This document shows positions 9,929 to 19,447 of a DNA stretch of 64,000 bases, one piece after another. Within the stretch, counting starts at the first letter, position 1, and each line of letters starts with the position of its first letter. The notes below the pieces were generated by a model. That model searched no databases and was not told the origin of the DNA. It was given only the letters and a program-made list of their open reading frames with translations. The DNA lies in assembly GCA_024650005.2 (NCBI GenBank), contig CP122380.1, positions 1,408,001 through 1,472,000 on the forward strand. The letters are read 5' to 3'. Origin of the DNA: Candidatus Bathyarchaeum tardum. GTDB taxonomy: Archaea; Thermoproteota; Bathyarchaeia; Bathyarchaeales; Bathyarchaeaceae. The translations under genes and the position numbers were made by a program.

Positions 9929-10342
9929 TTGGCAAAATTCAAAGTAATAGTTTCAGACCCTGCAGATGGAACATCAAAAGCAGTAGAATTAGAAGAAGCA
10001 CAAGCAGTTCCCTTAATCGGAAGAAAACTTGGAGAAGAAATTGACGGAACCGCACTCAAACTATCAGGCTTCAAATTGAAAATAACTGGTGGCTCCGATA
10101 AAGACGGCTTCCCCATGAGACCAAACATTCATGGTGGAATTCGTATTGGCGCTATTCTAAGTGAAGGCGTAGGTTTTCGTGCAACCCGAAAGGGCGAGCG
10201 CAAACGTAAAACCCTTCGAGGCAACGTCATAACTGACGCAATTGTTCAAGTCAACATGAAAGTTATTGACAAGCCAAAAGGCAAAAAACTCAAAGAAGAT
10301 GCCCCAGCAGAAACTGAAGCTGCTGAAGTACCTGAACAATAA
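9929..10342 (+). CDS. rps6e: 30S ribosomal protein eS6
   Basis: ITGGSDKDGFPM and GERKRKTLRGN motifs. Confidence 0.97.
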   Translation: MAKFKVIVSDPADGTSKAVELEEAQAVPLIGRKLGEEIDGTALKLSGFKLKITGGSDKDGFPMRPNIHGGIRIGAILSEGVGFRATRKGERKRKTLRGNVITDAIVQVNMKVIDKPKGKKLKEDAPAETEAAEVPEQ

Positions 10343-10482
10343 GTTTTAGTTTTTTTATGGGCGTTAAGGCCCAGCACATTTTTATCCAGCGTTTAGTGCA
10401 TTCTTGATTTTTTCAGGTTTAACGGATAGCTTTTTTAATTGTATAGTTGTTGTCTTACTTCGATTAATGGAGTGTTTAGTCT

Positions 10483-10767
10483 TTGTTGACTGAAATTGTT
10501 AGTGACCAACAGTTAATTGATTTGTATAATGAAGGCGGCTATTTGATTTCTGTTGATTATCCAAAAAAAGAAGTCAAGTTTCATACAGTGGATTGTATGT
10601 TAGCTGACCCAATCAGTACAGTTGGAGTTAAGCCTTCAAAGGCAAAAGAATCGCAATGTGGTGAAGTCTGGTATTCTAAAGAGCGCAGTGAAGTTATCGC
10701 TAAAGCAGAAGAAATAGTCAAAAAGAAAGGCTATACCTTACAAATTTGTGCTATCTGCGACCGTTAA
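10483..10767 (+). CDS. Hypothetical protein, possible metal binding
   Basis: HTVDC and terminal CAIC; GGAG RBS. Confidence 0.65.
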   Translation: MLTEIVSDQQLIDLYNEGGYLISVDYPKKEVKFHTVDCMLADPISTVGVKPSKAKESQCGEVWYSKERSEVIAKAEEIVKKKGYTLQICAICDR

Positions 10768-10787
10768 ATTGTTGTTTGCTTCAAGTG

Positions 10788-11192
10788 TTATCTTGAAGTT
10801 TTTTGTTTTCTTTTTTTGTATTGCTTATACATGTTTTCTACTTGTATTCTGCTCACGTATCCTTTGTGGGGTCTAAACCCGCCTTTGAACCCGTGGGGAA
10901 TGTGCATTAGTTCATGAAGTACGGTGCGTTCTTTGTCGTCTTGGCTTAGTTTGTCGTAGCGTTCGCTTAAAACTTCAATAACATACGAGGGGGGCAATCC
11001 AAGGGCTTGTTGCCAAATTTTTCCAAACCCGTGAATTCTGGCAATTATTCTTCGGGATTTTGAGCCTTCACTGCGAAAACAATGAATGGACTCAGGAACA
11101 ACATGGATGAATTCTAGTTGTTCAATGATTTCGTCTGCTAGTTTTTTGACGTCTGGTGCTTCAAAGTATTTTAATGGCAAGTTTTGGTTCAC
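10788..11192 (-). CDS. Putative metallopeptidase (phage metallopeptidase-like)
   Basis: ARIHG, YVIEV and LHELMHIP (HExxH). Confidence 0.8.
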   Translation of the reverse strand: MNQNLPLKYFEAPDVKKLADEIIEQLEFIHVVPESIHCFRSEGSKSRRIIARIHGFGKIWQQALGLPPSYVIEVLSERYDKLSQDDKERTVLHELMHIPHGFKGGFRPHKGYVSRIQVENMYKQYKKRKQKTSR

Positions 11193-11280
11193 CCAAATTA
11201 GTTGAGCATCTAAGGTTAATGTTTAATATAAATTGTTTATAACAAAATACAAAGAATTTGAACAGGGGGAAAATTAAAAA

Positions 11281-11514
11281 ATGATACTAAGAGATGCAAT
11301 TATTGAAGCTCTTAAAACTCGGGGAGGTTCGGGCTCAATATCCGAGGTTACAGAATATATTCATGCAAAATACGGACGAGAACGGTGGAAAGATATTGTT
11401 ACAGAAATGGCTGATATGTGCCCAGAAAGCCAATCTTCATTGGTTCCGATGAGCGAGAGAGTTTTAAAGAGAATTGGTCGAGGAAATTACGCTTTGATTG
11501 GTTTCAATCCCTAG
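11281..11514 (+). CDS. Small winged-helix-like hypothetical protein
   Basis: 77 aa ending RIGRGNYAL; GGGGG RBS. Confidence 0.6.
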   Translation: MILRDAIIEALKTRGGSGSISEVTEYIHAKYGRERWKDIVTEMADMCPESQSSLVPMSERVLKRIGRGNYALIGFNP

Positions 11515-11577
11515 CTGATATTAACGTGAATCATCTTCTATAAGGAAGTTCCAGAACCGTTAAATTACTATAGAGTG

Positions 11578-11865
11578 TATGAGGTAAGGAAGGAAATGGT
11601 ATAAAGCTATTGAAGGAATGAGGTACTCCCTTACCCCACACTAGATTTTAGCTCTGAAACCTTTTGTTATATTACACTTGTTAAGACAAAATCATTATAG
11701 GTGCTCAACAGTTTCTTTGTTTGAACACTAACAATCAACCAAAATGCAGAAGATTAAATATGAGGCAAGGAAGAAAATGAAAAACGGTTGACTGGATTGA
11801 AGGTGCTTCCTTACCCCACACGATAGTTTAACCTTTGTTTGAATTTGGTATATGATACTTGTTAA
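11578..11865 (-). repeat. Two tandem ~180-bp units, each a promoter-like tract plus a 15-bp stem-loop (candidate ncRNA)
   Basis: Hairpins at 11578-11640 and 11759-11820; shared TTAACAAGT plus TATA-like element upstream on the minus strand. Confidence 0.65.
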
Positions 11866-11947
11866 TTCACAATCAATATTTGTAAAAAAGGAAGAGAGAA
11901 CTCGAAAGTTTTAATATATAGTCTTTTTTCTATGTTGCTAAGGATTA

Positions 11948-13231
11948 TTGATTACTATGGCATCAACTGTTACCACTAAACGCAAGAAAGCTTTGGCGTT
12001 ACCTAAACAACCCGAGGTCAACATAGGCACTATTGGTCACGTAGACCATGGAAAAACCACTCTGGTTGAAGCAATAACTGGAGTTTGGGCAGCAAAACAC
12101 AGTGAAGAACTCAGACGAGGCATCACCATAAAACTAGGTTACGCAGATGCCCCAATCTTCAAATGCCCAAATTGTGACGAACCTCAATGTTACACATCAA
12201 GTACTACTTGTCCTAGTTGCGGCTCAAAAGCAGAATTCGTAAGAGCCATCAGTTTTGTTGATGCCCCCGGACATGAAGCCCTCATGGCAACAATGCTTTC
12301 AGGAGCAACAGTCATGGACGGCGCCTTGTTGATTATTGCAGCTAACGAAAAATGTCCTCAACCCCAAACTCGGGAACACCTTGCAGCCATTGAATTAGCT
12401 GGAGTAACTAACATTATTATTATTCAAAACAAAATCGACATCGTTGACCAAAAACGAGCCCTAGCAAGTTACAAAGAAATTCAAGAATTCGTAAAAGGCA
12501 CAATCGCAGAAGGAAAACCCATTATCCCAGTTTCTGCTCAACACATGGCAAACGTTGACGCTGTTTTGCAGGCAATAGAAAAATTCATACCGACCCCGGA
12601 ACGTGACCCAAACAAACCCCCAAGAATGTTTGTTGTTCGCTCTTTTGACGTTAACAAACCCGGAGATACAATAGACGATCTCGATGGAGGAGTAATCGGT
12701 GGGAGCATTTTCCAAGGAAGCTTCAAAGTAGGAGACGAAGTTGAAATCCGCCCAGGAATCAGAGTAGACAAACAAGGAAAAACATTCTATGAACCCATTT
12801 TCACCGAAATAACCAGCCTCAGTGCAGGGGGAAAACAAGTAGACGAAGCAAAAAGTGGAGGCCTAGTAGGAATAGGAACATACCTAGACCCTTCAATGAC
12901 TAAAGCTGATGGTCTCACAGGCAACATGGTTGGAAAACCTGATTTGCTTCCGCCTACAAGGTCTGAAATTGTTTTAGAAACCAAGCTTTTGAAGCGCGCC
13001 ATTGGAACTAAAGAACTTGTAGAAGTTTCTAACATAATCAAAGGTGAAAAACTATTGTTGGATGTTGGAACAACGATTACTATTGGGGCAGTAACCTCTT
13101 CAAAGAAAGATAGCGCTAACCTTACACTGGTCAGACCAATCTGTGCAGAAGACGGAGCACGAGTAGCCATCAGCAGAAAAATTGGCGGTCGATGGCGCCT
13201 TATTGGTTACGGAATAATCCAAAGTAGTTAG
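11948..13231 (+). CDS. eif2g: Translation initiation factor 2 gamma subunit
   Basis: GHVDHGKT, RRGITIKLGY, Zn knuckle, DAPGH, QNKID, RWRLIGYG. Confidence 0.98.
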   Translation: MITMASTVTTKRKKALALPKQPEVNIGTIGHVDHGKTTLVEAITGVWAAKHSEELRRGITIKLGYADAPIFKCPNCDEPQCYTSSTTCPSCGSKAEFVRAISFVDAPGHEALMATMLSGATVMDGALLIIAANEKCPQPQTREHLAAIELAGVTNIIIIQNKIDIVDQKRALASYKEIQEFVKGTIAEGKPIIPVSAQHMANVDAVLQAIEKFIPTPERDPNKPPRMFVVRSFDVNKPGDTIDDLDGGVIGGSIFQGSFKVGDEVEIRPGIRVDKQGKTFYEPIFTEITSLSAGGKQVDEAKSGGLVGIGTYLDPSMTKADGLTGNMVGKPDLLPPTRSEIVLETKLLKRAIGTKELVEVSNIIKGEKLLLDVGTTITIGAVTSSKKDSANLTLVRPICAEDGARVAISRKIGGRWRLIGYGIIQSS

Positions 13232-13791
13232 GTCTTGGAAACGAATTTTTTGGTTTGTGACAATAAAAGTCACCTAACCAATTCTTAGTTTTTTGATTAA
13301 TAATGATGCAACTCAAATTATTCTATTTCATACAAATCAGTCGTAATTTTGCAAAAAAAAGGAGTTTGTTGAGACCCCAACATAACAATATTGATCGCGC
13401 AAAATCGATTTTAGACTTTTTGAGGCAATACCAATAATTATCTCAAAAAATAGTTTCGACACAAATCTTTTGATATTTATCACTCGAAAATATCACACAT
13501 CCAGTAAATTATTGGGCATACTTAAGACAATTAAGGAAATAATACCAGATGATGAAATAGAGAAAACTATTGAAATACTTGAATCGTTAAAAACCTTAGC
13601 GATACCAACAAACAAGAACTAATTAAAAAAATGAGGATTTATAATGCCTCTCAATAAAAACGGTTTATTTGATTTTCTAAATCTGCTCGGGCATATAATC
13701 ACTTGACACATGACTTTTTGTTTTTGTATACACAATATAATTCTAAAAATGCAGATTACAATCAAAAAGCTTACTTACAGTAGTACAATAT

Positions 13792-15114
13792 ATGATAACG
13801 AGGATTGTAATGTCGGACTCAGGTGAGGAAACATATTCGACAATGTTCACTTCCTTGAAACATCCCGCTCGCAGAAAGATTCTTCGGATGCTCGCAGAAA
13901 AACCAAAAAATTTTTCTCGAATCTTAGAAGAACTGGGGATTTCAAGCTCACATCTTACTTATCATCTTGAAAACCTTGGAGAACTAATAACTAAACTGGA
14001 CGACGGACGATACCGGCTTTCCACTTTTGGACAAGCAGCTGTATTGACCATGAAAGGCGTAGAAGAAGCCCCCGAAGTTCAGACGAAAAGTGTCTTTGCT
14101 TTGTCTGGACAATGGCGCATAGTTTTTGGAGCCCTAATGATTGTCATTATTGTTTTGGCAGGGTTATCGTATGTTCAGTTTACGTCGTTAAAGGATTTAT
14201 CTGCCAAACAAGACCAACTGCAAAACGATTTTGAACAATTATCCATCGACCACGAACGATTATTGTCATGGGGAATATCCACTGATAGTGTAGTTAACTT
14301 TTTGCAGGATGTAATTCAACTAGATATGACCAAGTATACAGCAAACCTAGAAAGGCATACAGTTGGGTATCGCACAGATCTGGGAGGAACAATTGAAGAA
14401 TTTTTAACCTACCGTCTTATATCAGATGAAACCGAATTGTCGATAGATTTCAGGTTTAGAAACCAAACCTTGTCCCGTTATTACCTTACAATAATTGAGG
14501 GGTCACCAATCTATTCTACGCCCCCGTCAGCAAATGTTATTGAATATACTAAAAACCTTGTTCAACGATACCAAACCTATGCAGATGCTCCATACATAGA
14601 GCCAATGCGAAATATACTAACTTCAATCAGCCATGTAGAAAATACAGAAAAAATCCAAGGCGATATCAAATTGATAATTACAACCACCGGAAAAGATGTT
14701 GAAATCCGATGGTCAAAAACAACGAATGGAATAGATTTCCAAGCTAAAGGGATGACTTTAACTTTTTACGATGGGGCGCTAACTTTCCTTACTGATGGCT
14801 GGTTGCTATTTAATGTAGGAAACACTGATGTCAATGTTTCAGAACAAGAAGCAATCCAAATTGCCATTGATAGTGCCAGGGAATATTCTTGGATGGTAGA
14901 TGGTATAGAAATAGCTGATTTTGTTGTGCTTGAAGACCCTGTATCAGTTAATCTATGGCCTCATATCAGGGATGAACCCTTAGATTTGATTCCTTACTGG
15001 TATGTTGTAGTAAAACTGGACAAAGTTTACCCCGGAAACGTTAACAGCATTGGAGTAGGCATATGGGCAGACACAGGAAAAGTCAGTGGCTACCAAACCT
15101 CATACATAGGATAA
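13792..15114 (+). CDS. ArsR-like HTH regulator with TM helix and large extracytoplasmic domain
   Basis: LKHPARRKILRML...SSHLTYHLENL HTH; TM near aa 108-130; coiled coil; long C-terminal domain. Confidence 0.85.
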   Translation: MITRIVMSDSGEETYSTMFTSLKHPARRKILRMLAEKPKNFSRILEELGISSSHLTYHLENLGELITKLDDGRYRLSTFGQAAVLTMKGVEEAPEVQTKSVFALSGQWRIVFGALMIVIIVLAGLSYVQFTSLKDLSAKQDQLQNDFEQLSIDHERLLSWGISTDSVVNFLQDVIQLDMTKYTANLERHTVGYRTDLGGTIEEFLTYRLISDETELSIDFRFRNQTLSRYYLTIIEGSPIYSTPPSANVIEYTKNLVQRYQTYADAPYIEPMRNILTSISHVENTEKIQGDIKLIITTTGKDVEIRWSKTTNGIDFQAKGMTLTFYDGALTFLTDGWLLFNVGNTDVNVSEQEAIQIAIDSAREYSWMVDGIEIADFVVLEDPVSVNLWPHIRDEPLDLIPYWYVVVKLDKVYPGNVNSIGVGIWADTGKVSGYQTSYIG

Positions 15115-15142
15115 AAAATGTAAAGCTTGGAGAATTATTCAA

Positions 15143-15556
15143 TTGGCAGTTCCAAAACACGAAACATTAAAGATTATTTTAGATGCAAACTTCTTTTTTA
15201 TTCCAGCTCAATTTCGTTTGGATATTTTTCAGGAACTGGAAAACTTGTTGAATAAACGGTTTGAGCCTATTCTTTTATCTTCAACAAAAAAGGAGCTTGA
15301 AGGTCTTGCTCAATCAACTCCAAAGATTCAAAAACAAGCGTTGTTAGCTTTCAAGTTTGCAGAAAAATGCCGTTTTATCCTTGTTGACAAAAAAAAGGAT
15401 GAAACCTTTGATGATGTTATTGTTAGAGTAGCGTCTGAATGGAACTGCCCTGTGGCAACAAATGATAAAGAATTAAAAAAGCGGTTAAAAGAAAAGGGGA
15501 TTACAACCATTTTTTTGAGGCAAAAACGCCGTTTGGCAGTGGATGGGACGGTATAG
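15143..15556 (+). CDS. PIN domain ribonuclease (Fcf1/Utp24-like)
   Basis: ILDANF, DD, VATND; conserved position before rpoE'. Confidence 0.9.
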   Translation: MAVPKHETLKIILDANFFFIPAQFRLDIFQELENLLNKRFEPILLSSTKKELEGLAQSTPKIQKQALLAFKFAEKCRFILVDKKKDETFDDVIVRVASEWNCPVATNDKELKKRLKEKGITTIFLRQKRRLAVDGTV

Positions 15557-15652
15557 GCTTATAAATGGGTCTGTCTTTTATTTGGAAACGAAAGCCCATT
15601 TGTAAGACTTTCACGTAAATACATCATCAAATTTAAGATTAGGTGAAATTGA

Positions 15653-16249
15653 GTGTTCAAGCTAGTAGCAGTAGAGGATGCAATTCGTATACCACCAGAA
15701 AAGTTTGGAGAAGATATCAACACTGTAGGTTACGACCAACTTAAAATGAAATATGACGGCATGGTAGACGAAGAATTAGGTTACGTCATAGCAGTCACAC
15801 AAATTAGCGTAAATCCATGTGGCAAAATAATTCCCGGAGATGGAGCTACATTCCACAAGGTTCAATTTTCTTTGCTTACTTTCTACCCCAAAATTCAAGA
15901 AGTAATCGAGGGAGAAGTAGTAGAAATTGCAGAGTTTGGAGCTTTCGTTCGTATCGGACCTGTGGATGCACTTTTGCACGTTTCTCAATTAATGGATGAT
16001 TACATCTCGTATGATGAACGCCAAGGAGTTTTAATGGGTAAAGAAACAAAACGAAAACTTCAAACCGGAGACAAAGTGCGAGTCCGAATAACTGCAGTAT
16101 CCTTGGGACGAAGTGGCGGTTCAGGAAAAATTGGAGTTACTGCTCGGCAGCCTTACCTTGGAAAACTCGAGTGGATTAAACAAGACATAGCAAAAGAGGA
16201 AGGTTTACTTGAAGAAGCTGCAAGTGGTGCAAAACCAGCAGGAGAATAA
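15653..16249 (+). CDS. rpoE: DNA-directed RNA polymerase subunit E' (Rpo7)
   Basis: IRIPP, GDGA, S1 domain FGAFVRIGPVDALLHVSQ, QPYLGKLEW. Confidence 0.97.
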   Translation: MFKLVAVEDAIRIPPEKFGEDINTVGYDQLKMKYDGMVDEELGYVIAVTQISVNPCGKIIPGDGATFHKVQFSLLTFYPKIQEVIEGEVVEIAEFGAFVRIGPVDALLHVSQLMDDYISYDERQGVLMGKETKRKLQTGDKVRVRITAVSLGRSGGSGKIGVTARQPYLGKLEWIKQDIAKEEGLLEEAASGAKPAGE

Positions 16250-16254
16250 ATGAA

Positions 16255-16440
16255 ATGACCGATAAAGCTTGCAGAATTTGCCATTTTATTTCAGATGGTT
16301 CAATTTGTCCGAACTGTGACGAATCAGATTTGAGTGATGACTTCTCAGGAATAGTCGTTATCATTGATCCTGAAGGCTCGGCTGTTGCTCGCGCCATGAA
16401 GGTGAAAAAGAAAGGTCACTATGCACTTCGAGTAAGGTAG
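16255..16440 (+). CDS. spt4: Transcription elongation factor Spt4 (RpoE'')
   Basis: KACRIC..CPNC zinc finger and GHYALRVR. Confidence 0.95.
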   Translation: MTDKACRICHFISDGSICPNCDESDLSDDFSGIVVIIDPEGSAVARAMKVKKKGHYALRVR

Positions 16441-16971
16441 GTCACAATTATACGCGTCATAAATGATGAACTGCGTAAAGAACTCAAAGAACCTCAAGGG
16501 GTTTTAATTCAGGGTTCTGTTGAGGAAACCATGAACAAACTCAAAGACTATATTTTAGAAGAAAAACCATCAACAGTGATTTCAGTGGGGGATGTAGTGT
16601 CACAAAACATTGTTGAATCAGGAATCTCTGTAGACATTTTGATTGTAGACAATAAAACAATGCGAAAAACAATTCAGCCAATCACCGCCATTGCTCAAAA
16701 GACACTATATACAAAAAATCCTGCAGGAACCATAACTGACGAAGCCTGGAATACAATAAAACTAGCATTACAAGATAAGGTGAAAACCAAGATAGTTGTT
16801 GACGGAGAAGAGGATTTACTCACTTTGGTGACTGTTTTGTCGGCACCTGAAGATGCATTGGTTGTTTATGGGCAACCTAAAGTTGGGATTGTTTTGGTTA
16901 AAGTAACGGACAAAAGCAGAAAAAACATGCGCCGTTTCGTTGATTTAATGAGTAATTCTTCGAAAAGCTAA
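16441..16971 (+). CDS. GTP-dependent dephospho-CoA kinase (DUF359)
   Basis: VGDVVS, VDNKT, NPAG, DGEEDL, YGQP; frame open from 16441 including the LRKELKEPQG N-terminus; first ATG only at 16531. Confidence 0.9.
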   Translation, partial: VTIIRVINDELRKELKEPQGVLIQGSVEETMNKLKDYILEEKPSTVISVGDVVSQNIVESGISVDILIVDNKTMRKTIQPITAIAQKTLYTKNPAGTITDEAWNTIKLALQDKVKTKIVVDGEEDLLTLVTVLSAPEDALVVYGQPKVGIVLVKVTDKSRKNMRRFVDLMSNSSKS

Positions 16972-17017
16972 AGTACGGGGGATGTGTCAATTCATCTGCA
17001 ACTACGGAAGTGTAGCA

Positions 17018-17350
17018 ATGAAGGTTAGTATCACCTCTAAACAGCAAAATAATCTTATGAAAAGGAAAGAAGTGTCATTTAGTGTTGACCACTCTGAGAC
17101 TGGAGGCACTCCAACACGTGCTGAAGTTAGTAATCAACTTGCATCATTGTTAAAGGTTAAACGTGAATTAGTTTACATCACTAACATGCAAACCAAAACA
17201 GGAACAATGACCACCGTTGGTGATGCAAATGTTTACGATTCAGTTGAACAAGCTAAAAATCTGGAACCAAAACACATAGTCAACCGAAATGCAGTTCCAG
17301 AAAAAACAGTTCAAGAAGAAGCCCCTGAAGAAAACACGGAGGAAGAGTAA
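17018..17350 (+). CDS. rps24e: 30S ribosomal protein eS24
   Basis: NNLMKRKEV, TPTRAEV, VYDS, EPKH; position in cluster. Confidence 0.95.
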   Translation: MKVSITSKQQNNLMKRKEVSFSVDHSETGGTPTRAEVSNQLASLLKVKRELVYITNMQTKTGTMTTVGDANVYDSVEQAKNLEPKHIVNRNAVPEKTVQEEAPEENTEEE

Positions 17351-17352
17351 AC

Positions 17353-17550
17353 ATGCCAAAAAAAGAATCAAAACAAAAATCCAAAAAAGCTGAAAAGAAA
17401 AGCCACGAATTCTATAACATTGAAGAACAAGAAGTCAAACGATTACGTCCAAATTGTGAACGTTGTGGACCCGGATACTTCATGGCAGACCACGGCAACC
17501 GATACACATGCGGTGCTTGCGGATTAACAAGATACAAACAACAATCATAA
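17353..17550 (+). CDS. rps27ae: 30S ribosomal protein eS31 (S27ae)
   Basis: CERCGPGYFMADH..RYTCGAC. Confidence 0.95.
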   Translation: MPKKESKQKSKKAEKKSHEFYNIEEQEVKRLRPNCERCGPGYFMADHGNRYTCGACGLTRYKQQS

Positions 17551-17566
17551 ACCCACAATTTGGAAG

Positions 17567-18001
17567 ATGGGTCAAAAAATGGTTAATGTCCGAGTTTTCT
17601 TGAAAAACATTTCGGCAGAAAATTACTGGGAAATAGGTAGACCCATCCCACCAGTAAAAATCGCCACCAACCTTAACGTGGTTGGAGTAAACAAAACAAG
17701 TGACCAGCTACTTGAAGTCCCTTTTGTTTTCAACATTAACTATAATCCTGCAGTAGCTCACATTAATTTTAAAGGAATCAGCCATGTTTCAGGTGAACCC
17801 GAAGAACTAGAAGAAATCACAAAAAACCACAAAGACAAGAAACCTCCGTCACCAATTGTTCTTCAATCGATATCTAACATTGTCTTTTTAGAGTCAGTAA
17901 TATTGTGCAGAACCCTAAACATTCCACCCCCTATACCACTGCCAAAAATTGGTGCTCCAGGTCAACAAAAGAAACGGGCCGAACCAACATACAGAGCATA
18001 A
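17567..18001 (+). CDS. Conserved archaeal hypothetical protein
   Basis: F-x-I-x-Y-x-P and LNIPPPIPLP pattern; co-oriented with the ribosomal cluster. Confidence 0.75.
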   Translation: MGQKMVNVRVFLKNISAENYWEIGRPIPPVKIATNLNVVGVNKTSDQLLEVPFVFNINYNPAVAHINFKGISHVSGEPEELEEITKNHKDKKPPSPIVLQSISNIVFLESVILCRTLNIPPPIPLPKIGAPGQQKKRAEPTYRA

Positions 18002-18139
18002 ACAGCTAGAGAACTTTTCAAAGGGTCTAGAGTGTTGATTTAGAACACAAGAGCCTTTTAGGGCAATTCTAACATTTGAAAGGAAAAAAGGTAAACATTA
18101 TAGATGCGAAATTTTATCACAAAAAAATTAATTAATTAA

Positions 18140-18694
18140 TTAATTAACTCTTCTTCCGAAATAATAATTATTTTTTATAGAAAAAGTACCTTTTTTGTGA
18201 TAATTATATTTAATTCCAAACATAATTGAAAGCAGTAATGTAAGTAGACCTAATGAAATGAGAAAAATCGATGCCCATAACATATCTTTTTCATAACCAT
18301 AAAGTGTCATAGATATTGATACAGACGTATTTACAGCAAATGGATTATAGATTAGAACAGCATAGGAACCACGATTATTGATTTGCAGGACGGACATTTC
18401 TTGAGTTACATTCAGAAATGACGACGTTGAGTCGATAATCTCATTTGTTGTCCATATGTTTCTTTGTTTTTCATCAAGAATATATACATCAACAGGTGAA
18501 TTTGCATTTATTTCTATTCGGAGTTCTCGGGGAAACCAGAGGAATTCATTGGGGGTGGACCAGCCGTTAGCAGGTAAGTTATCTATTTCCATGCCAAAGG
18601 GTCCATATGGTTTACTGCCTCTAAGAACTGTGACTAAAAGAAATGAAACTCCAATCATTAGAAGTATTATTCCAACTCGGGTTACTTTCATCAT
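18140..18694 (-). CDS. Membrane protein, two TM flanking an extracellular beta domain
   Basis: Terminal TM helices; VDVYILD...GSYAVLIYN beta-sandwich-like pattern. Confidence 0.75.
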   Translation of the reverse strand: MMKVTRVGIILLMIGVSFLLVTVLRGSKPYGPFGMEIDNLPANGWSTPNEFLWFPRELRIEINANSPVDVYILDEKQRNIWTTNEIIDSTSSFLNVTQEMSVLQINNRGSYAVLIYNPFAVNTSVSISMTLYGYEKDMLWASIFLISLGLLTLLLSIMFGIKYNYHKKGTFSIKNNYYFGRRVN

Positions 18695-18706
18695 TGATTT
18701 TTTTCC

Positions 18707-19447
18707 TCAATCTACTTCCATCTTACTAAAATAAAAAATGGACATAAATATTAATAAAGCTGAAATAATAGTTGGAATAGAAAATGCCAAAATTACTTCT
18801 TCTATTTCTGGAACATTCACCATTGCCGTGGGCAGAATGTCATGAGTTAGTTGTCCATAATAAGCAAAAACAATCTTAAATCTGCCTGTTGAATTTAAGT
18901 AACTTGTAGCAGTTGTAATATTATCAATTCCATACAAAAGAAGTATAGAGGTCAAAATAGCAACTATTTCATTTTTTAGCAATAAAGAAACAACAACTAC
19001 AACTGTGGACATTAACAATATTTGAAGAAAAATACTCAAAAGCGATATGTAAAACATTGGTTCAAAGAAGTTTAAGGCGTGGAGATATATGTGCAAAGAA
19101 AAAATTGCACCGTATATAATACATAGAGTAAAAAACATAGCAAGGAATTTTGAAAGAAATACCTGCCATCTTTTCACAGGATAGGACAAAAGTACTTTGG
19201 TTTCTCCTTTTCCATAACTACCCGCAAAGATTCTGGAAAGAATGGCAGATGTAACAAAAATTAAAAAAAGAAAAACATTTTGAATTCCCCAATGCAAATT
19301 CGAATAACTCATAACAGGGGATATCTCAAGAATTGATTGATTTATTATTGAATAAATTGCGGTAAATAATAGCAACTCCAGAATGGGAAAAGCCAAATAT
19401 TCTTCAAGCTCCCAAAGCAGCAACTTCTGCAAAGTTTTTTGTCTCAC
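18707..19447 (-). CDS. ABC-2 type transporter permease
   Basis: GETKVLLSYPVKRWQVFLSKF motif; about 6 TM; overlaps the ATPase stop by 4 nt. Confidence 0.88.
   Translation of the reverse strand: MRQKTLQKLLLWELEEYLAFPILELLLFTAIYSIINQSILEISPVMSYSNLHWGIQNVFLFLIFVTSAILSRIFAGSYGKGETKVLLSYPVKRWQVFLSKFLAMFFTLCIIYGAIFSLHIYLHALNFFEPMFYISLLSIFLQILLMSTVVVVVSLLLKNEIVAILTSILLLYGIDNITTATSYLNSTGRFKIVFAYYGQLTHDILPTAMVNVPEIEEVILAFSIPTIISALLIFMSIFYFSKMEVD

Noticed and set aside
11578-11865. Tandem repeat as a CRISPR array
   Set aside because: Only two imperfect units with a 180-bp period and no cas genes
18128-18147. (TTAA)5 microsatellite
   Set aside because: Low-complexity AT tract at a gene end with no sign of function
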